Source of the DNA: Octopus vulgaris
Taxonomy: Eukaryota
DNA length: 64,000 nt
Assembly (NCBI GenBank): GCA_951406725.2
Contig: OX597814.1
Coordinates: 65,968,001 to 66,032,000, forward strand
Reading direction: 5' to 3'
The notes under the pieces were generated by a model. That model was not told the DNA's origin, did not search any database, and was given only the letters and a program-made list of their open reading frames with translations. A program made the position numbers and the translations under genes. This document shows positions 14,484-34,086 of the stretch, piece by piece. Numbering within the stretch: the first letter of the stretch is position 1; the number at the start of each line of letters is the position of its first letter.

Positions 14484-14919
14484 ATGTCTGTCTATTCCCT
14501 TATTTTGTCTTAATATATGCATAAACACGCGTGCGCACATGTATAAGCACAAACACACACATAAATATAATATACTTGCCTATACATACATATATAATTT
14601 ATACACACACATACATATATAAGTGTATGTGTGTCTGTGAGTATGCACATATATATTGATAATACGTACACGCATACATTCACACATGCACGCACATACT
14701 TTTATATGTGATGAAGCATGCGAACAGACATACTAAAACACATACGCAGAACTGCACATGAGCTGTTTGCCTATATCTCGTTTTAATGATATAATGAATA
14801 TTATCGCAACAACAAAGATGGCACAAGAGACGATGATGTTGATGATTCTGATAAAAATAAGGGATTAAATAATAAATAGCGACGATGATAATCACGCTTT
14901 TATGCGTGGTATTGTCGCC

Positions 14920-14977
14920 GTTGATGATGATGATGGTGATAATCATGATGATGATGGTGATGGTGGTGGTGGCGATA

Positions 14978-15033
<56 letters not shown>

Positions 15034-15157
15034 AACGATGATGATGAAGACGATGACGACGATTATGATGATTATGATGATGATGGTGATGATGATTGTG
15101 ATGATAATGTTGATGATGAGGATGGTGAGGATGATGACAACCATGCTGCTACCCCTG

Positions 15158-15254
<97 letters not shown>

Positions 15255-15351
15255 CATACATACATTCATACATACACACAGGGTAATTTTGCTTTTATAT
15301 ATGTATGTATGTAGCTATGTATGCATGTATGTATGTATGTATGCATATATG

Positions 15352-15385
<34 letters not shown>

Positions 15386-15405
15386 TGTATGTATGTATGT
15401 ATGTG
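14920..15405. repeat. Compound microsatellite (GAT)n/(AGAT)n/(TATG)n
   Basis: Directly visible; source of the poly-M/poly-D/poly-I ORFs. Confidence 0.95.
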
Positions 15406-15619
15406 TGTAGATTTGTATGTTTTGCTTTATATATGTATTCTCATGCATACACTTGCATATCTAGATATATATATTTCAATGTTAAACTTCTGGAAAGTTT
15501 TACAGATTTTTACAGTTCCAGTGATGAATTGGATCCGTAATCTTCCAATTAGCTTTCTCCTTTCTGGTTTCGAGAAGCCTAATTTCTCAATATCAGTATT
15601 GAGGCAGTGTGTTACATAT

Positions 15620-17520
15620 CTCAAAGCCCTAATATTACAGGTATAAACCTGAACTTGTGATCTGGATAGAGTAACTGCAGATTTCTCAATAGTTCAGCGT
15701 AAGTATCCTCTTTTTCACTTATCTTCAGTTTTATGTTGACATCCGCTGGGCAGCTAATTTCCACAACTGTACACAACTTTTTTTTCTCTATCCCAAATCA
15801 TTATATCAGGTGTGTTGTACTTACATTTTATTGAAGTCTTCACTGATACATTCTTCCAGTATTCCTTTTTATTATGAGTGGTTATGGCTTCTACCATATT
15901 GTAGGTTCTTATTTCATTGTCCTCGGGATTATCATTCCGACGGATTTCATTATAGAGTGTCCTAGCTACAACGTCATGTCTCATCGGTAGATAATACCGT
16001 GATGACCACTGCTTATGATGTGAGTGATATCTTGGGTGTTAACTCCACAAAGTTTGCATAGGTTGTCACACTTTACTGCTTTTCCTACATCTTTATCCCT
16101 TTTGTGCATCAGGTACTTGCTTGATATTTCTTGTTCCTGGATTGCAAATGCATGCCCCTAAAAGTGGAAGGTTGTAATCCGGCTGTTGGTCCATGATAGA
16201 CTGCTTTGATGATGACTGTTACTATCATCTCGGAGCTTTCTACTAACATATCCATGCAAAATCTTCTGCTCATATGGGCTCATCCTTTCATCTGATGATA
16301 CATTGCGGTAGAGTCATGCGACTTCTTTTGGTATATATTCTAGGATATCAGACAAAGAATGTTGCTCAAGTAGTTTCTTTCCAAGACTTAGGATGTTCCC
16401 AGCTTCATGTATGGTCGATGGTTGCATTTCAACGCTTGGTGCTTCAAAGAGGTTGCCGACGGGATATGATACGACATTCAACGGCATTTTGGATGGATGT
16501 TAAGCTTGTGCCTTTTTTTTTTCATTTTAGACAAATGCGGTCGACGTGTCTGTTTATGTGGAAATTATGTGTGCTTTTTAGTATTTTTCGGGTTTTCACA
16601 TCAATGGCTCAGATCTCATCAAGCATCCAATCAAGCAGCCCAAATGTTGGTATGAATACTGACACTGCAGACACATTGTGTGCCACTGTTTTATTGAATG
16701 CAGAGAGTTCTGCGGTTCAAATTTTCTTTATTCAGTGTAATATTCTTCAGTGACACGCGTTTTGTTACATATGCCATTGTAAGATGTTTTCCCCCACCCC
16801 TAGATACCTGTAGCATTCCTCGTCAGGTATAGGGAAACAGTAAAATCATTGATGGAGATGTTGCTAGTCTGGTTTATAGTTTTTCTCCCTTTTCGTAACC
16901 TTATAACAACATTTATCCTGACCAAACTCCAGCCTTATACCCTTTGAAAATATTGTAAGTAGGTCAAGGCTCTATTACATCTCATACATATATTTTGCAT
17001 AAAGTTTCAAGTCATCCACAAAAATAAAACAGTGTATAATTTTGGTATTTCTTTTTCCTTGTGAACCAGTGAGATATACTTCAGATTACCTTAACATGAA
17101 TGACAAAGGGTTTACAGAGAGTAAAAACATCAGAGAGCGACTGTCCCCTTGGATTATGCCTTTGTAATATTGTATTCTATCAATGATAATATAGTCACTC
17201 TTTGTGTTTAATTTCAAGATGGTGCCCACGATGAAGTCAGGTCAGCTACGGGTTTGACTATGCTCACTGGAACGTTAACAAGCTGAAGGGCTTCTAGCAT
17301 CCATGAGCGGGGGAACTGAGTCAAAAGCTATCTTGTAGTCCAGCCACATTGAAACTAGGTTGCTCCTATGCTCTCTCACCTCTGACATCACAATTTAGTT
17401 GATTAATAATTGCTCGGCACATCTCAAGACTCCCTTCTTCCCAGCTACTTGTTCTGCAGTGAGGATGTTATTGGTTTCACAATGGTTCTGGAAGAAGAGG
17501 TTCAAGCATACTGTATATAT
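15620..17520 (-). mobile_element. R4/Dong-clade non-LTR retrotransposon, family C, decayed
   Basis: Minus strand gives RHDVVAR...KYNTPDIMIWDREKK (RLE), C.LC...HI (zinc knuckle, about 16020-16070), FVDDLKLYAK (about 17000-17025), GIIQGDSRS and WLDYKIAFDS (RT); many frameshifts. Confidence 0.85.
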
Positions 17521-17521
17521 C

Positions 17522-19727
17522 TTATACATTAAGTTCTGGCATGCAATTAGCCCGGAAGTTTTTTGCCATGTGGGTGGTCCAGCATTTGGGGATCAATGTG
17601 TCTCTGCCAAAGCTTACCAGTGTGGTAACCACACAGCAATGCCAAATAATACCAAAAGCATTGGAAACGTAAAACACGAAGACAGACGTAATATTTCCAA
17701 CAAAAGCGAAGTAAACAACGAAAGACAACAAACGCAGACGGTAGGAATGTATAATGATGCGCAAAAAGCACCAAACCAGAATACAACAGACAAACACAGG
17801 AACGGGAAGGAAGGCAAAACAAATCTAAAACCTGGAAACAGTGAAGGTGAACCTAATGATTATGATAGTCTAAAAATGAGCAGAATCAAAGAACTGAAAG
17901 CCACAGATCTCAGTATAGACCACCGATTGTATCTCCCAAAAATCAAAATAGATAATAAAACAACATCAATAATAGCATGAACCTAGCCGTCACAGAACTA
18001 ATAGCCACAGAAACAAATGTCAATATCACCTTTATCTGACATGCTAAACAGAACTGGATGCGGATACAACTGCCACTTTTTATATATGGATGGTATTATT
18101 TTTATATAACGATCAGCCACTTTTTATATATGGATGACCTAAAACTGTACGCTACAAATGATAAACAGCTGGAAACATTATTACAGACAATACATGGATT
18201 TACCAAAGAAATAAATATGAAATTTGGTTTAGAACAATGTGCCAAAGCCACCTTGAAAAGAGGAAAACTAGTTAAGAGTAGCAACATCAAACTAGATAAA
18301 GCAAACGAAATAAGAGAATTAGACCAAAGCCAGACATACAAATATTTAGGAATCCATGAACTAGATACATACACAAATCAAGGAGAAAATTTAAAAAAAG
18401 AATACTATAGACGAGTTAGATTAATACAGGAAACAGAGCTCAAGGCAAAAAAACAAGATAATAGGTATCAACACTTTAACCGTCCCAGTTATAAATTGCA
18501 GCTACAATATCCATAACTGGACACTAAATGAACTAATCAAAATAGGCAGGAAAACAAGAAAAATAATGACAAGATTTAGGTTGCACCACCCAAAATCTGA
18601 CATAGAAAGATTAAATATACAACGTATAGAAGGTGGTATAGAAAACTATTGCAAAATAACCACCATAGGACTGCAAAAATACCTACTTTAGAAGCAACTA
18701 AAACTAATACAAATAGCCACATAACACGAGCAAACAAAAAACTATTTTCAGTTTTTAAGGAAGTTGGCACATACCAACAATAAATCATACCACCTAACAA
18801 CTATGAAGAAAAAGAAGAAACAACGAAAACTATAAAACAAATGAAACCCAAACTAAAACTGGAACAGCAAAGAACCATAATAAAACGATGGCAAGAAAAG
18901 TCCCTTCATGGCAAATACTAGGTTAAAATAAACGTAAAAGAAACAAAGCAAAGTCCCAGGAATGGCTGAGAATCTCAAAGCCTCCCCACCAGAAATTACC
19001 AAAAATATATAATGAAAAGAAACATAACAAATAGCTGCTGAATATGTGGAGATGGACAAGAAACAATCACTCATATTGTCTCTGGCTGCCCAGTCCTGGC
19101 TAAGAAGGAATATATTCACTGACATGACAGAATTGGGACCTACATACACTGGAAGATATGCCAACAATATGGAATAACAACAGATAAAAGATGGTATAGG
19201 CACACGCCGAAAAGGTCCCAGAAAACGAGAAAGCAACAATACATTGGTATATGCCAATACACACAGATAGAAAAATTAAGGTCAATAGGCCAGATACAGT
19301 TGTCAGAGATCATGAAGAAAAAAATGCTTTCTAATTGATGTATCATTACCAACAGACGACAACGTTTCTCTAAAAGAAATAGAGTAACTTTCAAAATATA
19401 AATATCTGGAAATTGAGGTAACTCGAATGTGGAATCTAAAAACATAAACAATTCCTTTCATAGTGGGTGCATTAGCTATGTTAGAAAATATTCAGACAAA
19501 TAAATAAAAACATCAGGACTAAAAAATATATATAACATACAGAAAATAGCACTACTAGGTACTGCACACATCCTACGTAAAACACTTTCACTACAGTGAA
19601 ATGAAGACCTTCACAACAAACCACAGCACATAATCAAGATACACTGAGCTACGCTCGGTAATGCAGTGAAAGCATGTGATAGAAATAAGACTACTGAATA
19701 ATAATAATAATGATAATGATAATAATA

Positions 19728-19776
<49 letters not shown>

Positions 19777-19796
19777 TAATAATAATAATAATAATA
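17522..19796 (+). mobile_element. R4/Dong family A copy 1: 5' UTR present, internally deleted, decayed; (TAA)n tail
   Basis: ORF start MPNNTK at 17639 is homologous to 29462; jumps at about 18030 into RT (HFLYMDDLKLYA); same 3' UTR as 21340-21445; (TAA)n at 19696-19796. Confidence 0.9.
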
Positions 19797-21455
19797 GCAA
19801 ATGACAAACAGCTGGAAACACTATTAAAGACAGTTCATGGATTTACCAAAGAAATAGATATGAAATTTGGATTAGAAAAATGCACCAAAGTAACCATGAA
19901 AAGAGGAAAACTAGTTAAGAGTAACAACATCGCACTAGATAAAACCAATGAAATAAAAGAATTAGACCAAAGCCAAACTTACAAATACTTAGGAATCCAT
20001 GAACTAGATAAGACACAACACACACAAATGAAAGAGAAAATAAAAAAAGAATATTATAGACGAGTTAGATCAATACTAAACACAGAGCTCAATGCTAAAA
20101 ACAAGATAATAGGTATCAACACTTTAGCTGTCCCAGTTATAAGTTACAGCTACAATATCCTTAACTGGACACGAAATGAACTGTCCAAAATAGATAGGAA
20201 AACAAGAAAAATAATGACAGGATCTAGGATGCATCACCCAAAATCTGACATAGAAAGACTATATATACAACGTATAGAAGGTGGTAGAGGCCTTATACAG
20301 CTGGAAAACTACTATAAAATAACCACCATAGGACTGCAAAAATATCTACTTCAGAAGGAAGGAAAACTGATCCAGATAGCGGCAAAACACGAGCAAAACA
20401 AAAAACTGTTCTCAGTATTTAAGGAAGCTGACAAATACAAACAAGAAATCATACCACCTAATAAACATGAAGAAGAAGAAGAAGAAGAAGAAGATGAAGA
20501 AACAACAAAAGCTATAAAACAAATGAAATCCAAACTAAAAACAGAACAGCAACGAACCATGATAAAACGATGGCAAGAAAAGCCCCTTCATGGTAAATAC
20601 TGGACTAAACTAAACGCAAAAGAAATAGACAAAGAAAAATCCCAGCAATGGTTGAGAAGCTCAGGACTCAAAGCAGAAACAGAGGGATTTTTAATTGCAG
20701 CACAAGACCAAAGCCTCCCCACCAGACATTACCAAAAACATGTAATGAAAAGAAATATTACAAGTAACTGCAGAATATGTGGAGATGGACAAGAAACAAT
20801 AAATCATATTATCTCTAGCTGCCCAGTCCTGGCTAAGAAGGAATATATTCACAGACATGACAGAGTTGGAACCTACATACATTGGAAGCTATGCCAACAT
20901 TATGGAATAACAACAGAAAAAAGATGGTATAGGCACACACCAGAAAAGGTCACAGAAAACGAGAAAGCAACCATACTCTGGGATATGCCGATACACACAG
21001 ATAGAGAAATTAAGGCCAACAGACCAGATATAGTTGTCAGAGATCATGAAGAAAAAAAAATGCTTTTTAATTGATGTATCAATACCGGCAGATGACAACG
21101 TGTCTCTAAAAGAAATGGAGAAACTCTCAAAATACAAAGACCTGGAAATAGAGGTAACTAGAATGTGGAATCTGAAAACAGAAACAATTCCTATCATAGT
21201 AGGTGCATTAGGCATGATAAAAAAATATTCAGACAAATACATAACAAAAACACCAGGACTTACAAACACATATAACATACAGAAAATTGCACTACTAGGC
21301 ACTGCCCACATCCTACGCAGAACACTTTCCATACAATAACCATCAGAGCATCACAACAAATCACAGCACATACCCAAGGCACACAGAGCTGCGCTCGGTA
21401 GTGAAGTGAAAGCACGCTATAAAAATAAAAATAAAACTACTGAATAATAATAATA

Positions 21456-21457
<2 letters not shown>
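19797..21457 (+). mobile_element. R4/Dong family A copy 2, young, 5'-truncated inside RT
   Basis: Long open frame (19797-21074, then 21034-21339): YKYLG, GGRGL, KPLHG, AAQDQ, CRIC...HIISSC, RHD, RPDIVV, IDVSIP, EKLSKY, IVGALG; one +1 slip in an A-run at about 21055. The poly-Ile N-terminus of the ORF call is only the (TAA)n target. Confidence 0.95.
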
Positions 21458-24158
<2,701 letters not shown>

Positions 24159-24164
24159 TTATAG

Positions 24165-24710
24165 TTATTATTGTGTGAGAGAGTAGTGCATGCATTCAAA
24201 GTGACACTGGAGTAAAATATACGAAGCCCAGTATACCCATCATGACTACCCTTCTGACAAGGATACATCAGGCACATGCATCACAATCACATGTGCGTGA
24301 CATGGTGGTCTCATATCAAGATAACAGCGCATGATCTTACAGATGGAGCTCAGTTAGAATTTTCTTCAGGTTGAACAGCTCATCCCGCTCAAAACGACGC
24401 TGAATAAGGATTGTTTAAGGACAATGAACAAAACACCCATGCTTCCAAATGTGAGTTATTCAAACTCCAAAGAATTCCTTTCAGCACATGACTATGATAC
24501 TCCTCTACTACTTCTGCACTTGATCAGAAGTGCACATATCAACCACTAAGCGACGTATTCAACTGGTTATGGTCAAACAACTGACAAGCAAATCAGTGGT
24601 ATTGAGCAGAATATTTGCTCTTGCCCATCTTTTATACGAAGACAAAACACTGTACATGGTAACACTTCTAATCAGTTAAAATCAGAAGCCATGAGAGCCA
24701 CTGCCTGGGC

Positions 24711-24712
<2 letters not shown>
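24165..24712 (-). mobile_element. Non-coding ~540-nt repeat embedded in (TAA)n; putative Dong-dependent non-autonomous element, copy 1
   Basis: Closely similar to 58425-58910; both copies are flanked by (ATT)n; no meaningful ORF. Strand is inferred from tail position and the truncation pattern. Confidence 0.7.
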
Positions 24713-24768
<56 letters not shown>

Positions 24769-27700
24769 GTTAATGTTGTTGTTGTTGTTGTTTTTGTTAT
24801 TATTATTTTTATTGTTATTGTTATTATTATTATTGCTGTTCTTATTATTATATAAGTTATATCTGTGTATACGTATGTGATTGTGTGTGGCTGCCTTTGT
24901 ATCTAGCTGCATATGTCGCTCTCTACACTTCTATTCGTATTCATTTTTTATCTACAACACTGAAGGTTAATCCTTTCTCTTCCCTAAAATCAATATTCAA
25001 TGCCAAACTCAACTAATTACTGCTGATTAATGATTCTTGCATGCAGACAGTCTAGAAACGAAAACTTTTAATTGGTATTGGTTGGTAGACTTCGATAGTG
25101 TGTTTGTACTGTGTGTGTGGGGGGTGCATTTGTGTGCGAATGTTTGTGCTGTGTGTGTTTGTATATATGTATATATGCTTGTATGTATGTATGTACGTCT
25201 GTATGTATGCTTGTATGTACGTATGTATGTATGTATGTATGTATGTATGTATGTATGTATGCATGCATGGATGAATGGATGGATGGATGGATGGATGGAT
25301 GGATGTGTGTATATCTATATATATGTGTGTCTGTATATTGCTGATACATACGGAAAAAAGGAGTAAGATTTACAATATAAGAAGTTCTTATCTCGCAATT
25401 CGAGGAACTCGGGTCCGGTCCTCGTCTATCCATACTGCAAGAATGCATATTGGATTTATTGCAAATTTATGGTTTAGTCTTGCAATATCGTTTCAAGCTG
25501 ATATGGCCTCTGAATTACGTTAATGGTAGGCAAATTTGTGAAATGTTAATCGTAACGTTTAGTAGACGTTCGAATGGATATTTTCGTTTGCAGGTGTGTA
25601 AATAATATTGAGTAGAGGCGTTGAGAGCAATAGTTTTCAGGTAGGAAAAAGTTTTAAAATATTTCTATTCCACAATTTTCATAAGAAGTCGGTCCTAAAC
25701 CTCCTCATTAACTATGTACTACTATTTATTCTAATTCAAGTGATTCATATAAGAAACCATGCAAAATAAGCAAAAACAGAAGCGGACAAAAGTGGACGAA
25801 ATTAGGGCATTTTTCCATAAGTATTACAATATAAATCTGAAACATGATATTATTCAAAATTGTTTAAATATTGTCATATATAATGCAATACTGGAATAAT
25901 CGAATTTTATATGCTAATATTTAAACCATTTTCAATAACATCATATTTCAGATTTTTCCTGTGCTTATCTGAAATTAGACAACACTTGGATACATCTATG
26001 AATTAAACAGTATGTTACAGTCTAATTTTTTTATCATTAGAATATAATGGGAAAAACCATGAGGTGCATTTTAGTTATAAATACAATAACGAACGGTCTA
26101 AATCAATATTTCTAATCATTATAAAATACTTATTTCTGCTATTTTTTCTTCAGTTATACACTCGAAGCTTTATAGACGAGATATAATTCTTATTTAATGA
26201 ACACGTATCACCTGTTGTCTTTTAGGTATTCATGAGTTTATTTAACTGCATTCCTAATGGTTATTTTAATGAATTCATTAGTGAATACTGCTTACTATTG
26301 ATTTTAGAATATTTGTGATATTGCATTTTTTTATTTTTATGGTTCAATCAAAGATAAAAAAAAGACAGATTCCATAATATTTTGCAGAACTTCTACAACT
26401 GATGAAAAGAAAGAAGACCGAAGATGTGTTATAACTGTTCGTAACATTTTGTAAAATATAAGTTGAGGTGTTAAACTGAGAAATTATATACATATTTGGT
26501 TCAATGAACCACAACGGTTTTTGTCACGGCTTTAATCTCCACCTATATATAGACACTCAATAGAAAATCAAGAACATGGTGGAGCTCAAATTTACAGTTC
26601 TCAAGACAACGAAGAAATATGGGTTTATTCCTATTCTAATATTAATCGCCGTATATTCTTTTGTGATTTCATTCTTTCTGTCCAATGAACTATAAATATA
26701 TAACAAAAGTCAACTTCGTTTTATTAGAACGATTTTAATAGAATAATAAAATATAAAGAAATGACAAGGGGTAACAAATTCTTAGAAAGTATGTCTTAGA
26801 AATTAAATCGTAGAAACTGAGTCAAATCTATGATAGTATGGAGAATACACGATCGAGAGTATAAAACATTATTGCTGAGATTGAGCTTAGAGAATTACTG
26901 ATCATAACGCCAAGAATTCAAATAATTCTACACTCCATGCGCCATTCTAACCACCAGGTAGGAGAAATACATGTTTCGGCTAGTGTTGCTCCTGTTTATA
27001 AAATGAGGAATTAGATATTCAAAGTTTCTATCTACAGAAACAACAATAACTGAGTTTTATATGCCTAAGACAGTAATCATGGAAAATGTAATTAGAAATA
27101 ATTATGCGGCTAGGAAGTAGTATAATTAGTTCGATGACTGTTTAAATGACTATTTAAATTATATTCGTAAGAATATGAACGGATATAGATCACAGGGAAA
27201 TACTGACTTCACCACGTTTACCAAAGTAGTGATAGGAAAATTGCTAAGCAAATGTGTAAATGAGTTCAAATGGAAAGTTAGCATATTTAAAACAATATGT
27301 CATTGAGACTAAATATTTATAGACGCCAACATGATCAGATCAAACCTGAGCGAGCATATCTTTAACTAAAACCATTCTGGTCGTGATCATTCCTTTTTTT
27401 TTTTCACGCATGAAATATCAAAGACAACATTATCCAGTGTGTCACCAATTTTATTTTACGAGAGAAAGATGAGTTTCAGAGAAACTTAGTTTCTATTTCA
27501 TACAGATCGAGTTACCATACAGACGCCCTACGCCTTGCAGAACACACTAAAAAATGGTTTCTGATTTAGATGCAAAGCCTATAATCCAGAGAGGAGAGGA
27601 TTAGTCGATTAAATCACCTCAATATTTGACGGATAATTTATGCCGTCAACTTCATAGTGATAGAAGGCAAAGTTAAGCTAGCTGGGACTAAACTCAAAAT

Positions 27701-28140
27701 GTAAATATTCTGAAGGAATATTGCTCGATGCCCTAATGAAACTGTTAATTTACCGCATTAGCAAAAAGTAAAATAATTATCTTATTTACTTAAACTATAC
27801 AAAGATTATGTAATCTAATCGTCATTTCATATTCACTTCTATGAAACATATTCTATATATTAATTCTTTCATGTAAAAACATAACCAAATTAGTGAATGG
27901 TTTATGTAAATTACAATGCCAGAAATTAGATCACTTAATTTACATAATCAAATTAAATTTATTCAATAATGTTCACCCCAAGTATAATTTATTCAAAATT
28001 TTGACTCAGGGTCAGCAATTTTCAGGTGAAGGGCAATATTGACTCTAGTGCTTGATTAGCACTATATTTTATCGACCCGGAAAGGATAAAAAAATAAAGT
28101 AAATACACGTATACATATATACATATAATGACACACACAA

Positions 28141-28263
<123 letters not shown>

Positions 28264-28287
28264 CATGTTAATTCATATATATATTAT

Positions 28288-28660
28288 AGGCGCAGGCGTG
28301 CCTGTGTGGTAAAAAGCTTGCTTCCTAACTAAATCCTTCCAGATACACTTCAATTTCGTAGCACTTTGGGCAATTGCCTCCTATTACAGCCTCGAAGCGA
28401 GCAAAACCTTATGAATAGATTTGGTAAATGGAAACTGAAAGATGTTCGTTGTATATATTTATGTGTATGTGCGTGTTCGTCCCCCACCCCGTCGCTTGAC
28501 AACCATTTCTATGCTTACGTCCCGTACTTATCGGTTCGGCAAAAGTGACTGATAGGATAAGTACAAAGATTAAAACGATAATAAGCTGAACTAAAATTCC
28601 CCCAAGGTGGAGCCCCAGCATGGTCGCTATCTAAAGACTGAAACAAGTAATAGATAAAAG
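28288..28660 (+). mobile_element. tRNA-derived SINE family 2, diverged full-length copy
   Basis: ggcgcaggcgtgcctgtgtggtaa (A box)...ttgggcaa...atttggtaaatggaaactgaaag...ccccagcatgg...gactgaaacaagtaa. Confidence 0.75.
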
Positions 28661-28730
28661 ATACATACAAACACACACATATACACACACACATATACAC
28701 ATATATATATACATACATATATATACATGC

Positions 28731-28779
<49 letters not shown>

Positions 28780-29025
28780 TGTGTGTTTGTGTATATATAT
28801 ATACATATAATTAAATTAAAAAGAAGATATAAAATCCATTTAAAGGGATGTTGACATGCAAGTCCCCCAGTTTTATCCAATGTATCAGTGAAAAGCCAAA
28901 GATATTACTTCCGCATGATGGCGATGGGTATATTAATATTTTGGTATGAGAAAACGGAAACGGAGAAATTGATATCGCGACATTGATTTATTAGAATATA
29001 TTCAATTCCGAACAATATCAAATTC

Positions 29026-29298
29026 ATTGCACCTACAAATTTTTCTCTGCCCAACCAGTCGTATTTGAGAAACTAAATTAAATTAGATTTCTAAATTGAA
29101 TATCGTTAATTGAGCATTTCGTCAGGGAAAGAATTTCATAGAAAGTGTCAAACAAAAGATTGGAATGTAGCTCCTTAGTGTGAAATTCTTCCCCTGACGA
29201 AATTCCCGATTAAAAATATTCAATTTTAAAATTTAATTTAATTTAATTTAATTTCTCAAATTGTATTGGTTGGGCACAGAAACATTTGTAGGTGCAAT
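29026..29298. mobile_element. Palindromic MITE-like element
   Basis: attgcacctacaaat...tgcccaacca...tttcgtcagggaaagaatttca mirrored by tgaaattcttcccctgacgaaa...tggttgggca...atttgtaggtgcaat; ~40-bp spacer. Confidence 0.8.
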
Positions 29299-29314
29299 AA
29301 TATTAATAATAATC

Positions 29315-29403
<89 letters not shown>

Positions 29404-29450
29404 AAGAAGAAGAAGAAGAAGAAGAAGAAGAAGAAGAAGAAGAAGAAGAA

Positions 29451-32960
<3,510 letters not shown>

Positions 32961-34040
32961 ACCCAGGCATACAAATACTTAGGAATCAATGAACTAGATA
33001 CGATACAACACACACAAATGAAAAAGATGATAAGAAAAGAATATTATAAACGTGTTAGATTAATATTGAAAACAGAGCTAAGGTCGAAAAACAAGATAAT
33101 AGGTATCAACGCTTTAGCCGTCCCAGTTACAAGTTACAGCAACAAGATTCTTAACTGAACTCTAAATGAACTAATCAAAATAGACAAGAAAACAAGAAAA
33201 ATAATGATAGGATTTAAGATGCACCCACCAAAATCTGACATAGAAAAATTAAATATGCAAAGCATGAAATGTGGTCGAGGCTTTATACTCTCTTTTCTCT
33301 TTTACTCTTTTACTTGTTTCAGTCATTTGACTGCGGCCATACTGGAGCACCGCCTTTAGTCGAGCAAATCGATCCCGGGACTTATTCTTTGTAAGCCCAG
33401 TACTTATTCTATCGGTCTCTTTTGCCGAACCGCTAAGTGACGGGGACATAAACACAGCAGCATCGGTTGTCAAGCAATGCTAGGGGGACAAACACACACA
33501 CACACAAACACACACACACATACATATATATATACGACATATATATATACATATATACGACAGGCTTCTTTCAGTTTCCGTCTACCAAATCCACTCACAA
33601 GGCATTGGTCGGCCCGGGGCTATAGCAGAAGACACTTGCCCAAGATGCCACGCAGTGGGACTGAACCCGGAACCATGTGGTTGGTTAGAAAGCTACTTAC
33701 CACACAAAATAAGCACCATAGGACTACAGAAATACCTACTTCAGGAGCAAAGAAAACTAATACAAATAACCACTAAACACAAACAAAACGTTAAAGAAGC
33801 TGAGAAATACAAAAAAGAAGTCATAGTACCTGACAACTATGAAGAAAAAGAAGAAACAACAAAATATGTAAAACAACTGAGGGAGAACATCTAAAGAGAC
33901 CAAACTAAAACTGAAACAGCAACTGATCATGATAAAACGATGTCAAGAAAAGCCTCTATATGGTAAATATCGGATTAAATTAAGCAGAAAAGAAATAGAC
34001 AAAATAAAATCCCAACAATGATTGAGAAGCTCAGGATTCA
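32961..34040 (+). mobile_element. R4/Dong family A-related decayed fragment interrupted by a SINE
   Basis: QAYKYLGINELD...GINALAVPV; resumes after the SINE with TIGLQKYLLQ and KRCQEKPLYG. Confidence 0.85.
33285..33706 (-). mobile_element. tRNA-derived SINE family 2, young full-length copy
   Basis: Complete tail (ttacttgtttcagtcatttgactgcggccat), body and tRNA head (gggactgaacccggaaccatgtgg...cttaccacac). Confidence 0.9.
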
Positions 34041-34086
34041 GTTCAGAGATAAATTCCTGAGCAGCCATAAATTCCTGAGCAGCCAT

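Noticed and set aside
15148-15165. miR-10-like tacccctgtagat
   Set aside because: The match is short, has an extra C and runs into (AGAT)n; no hairpin.
14680-15279. Poly-Asp/poly-Met/poly-Ile ORFs and the many YIYI, CVCV and LSIY ORFs across the window
   Set aside because: They are translations of (GAT)n, (TA)n, (TG)n and (TCTA)n microsatellites, not genes.
21045-21075. Programmed frameshift in the RLE domain (same extra A at about 21055 and 32370)
   Set aside because: Other copies have different run lengths and other A-runs also slip, so homopolymer mutation or sequencing error is simpler. Raw reads would decide.
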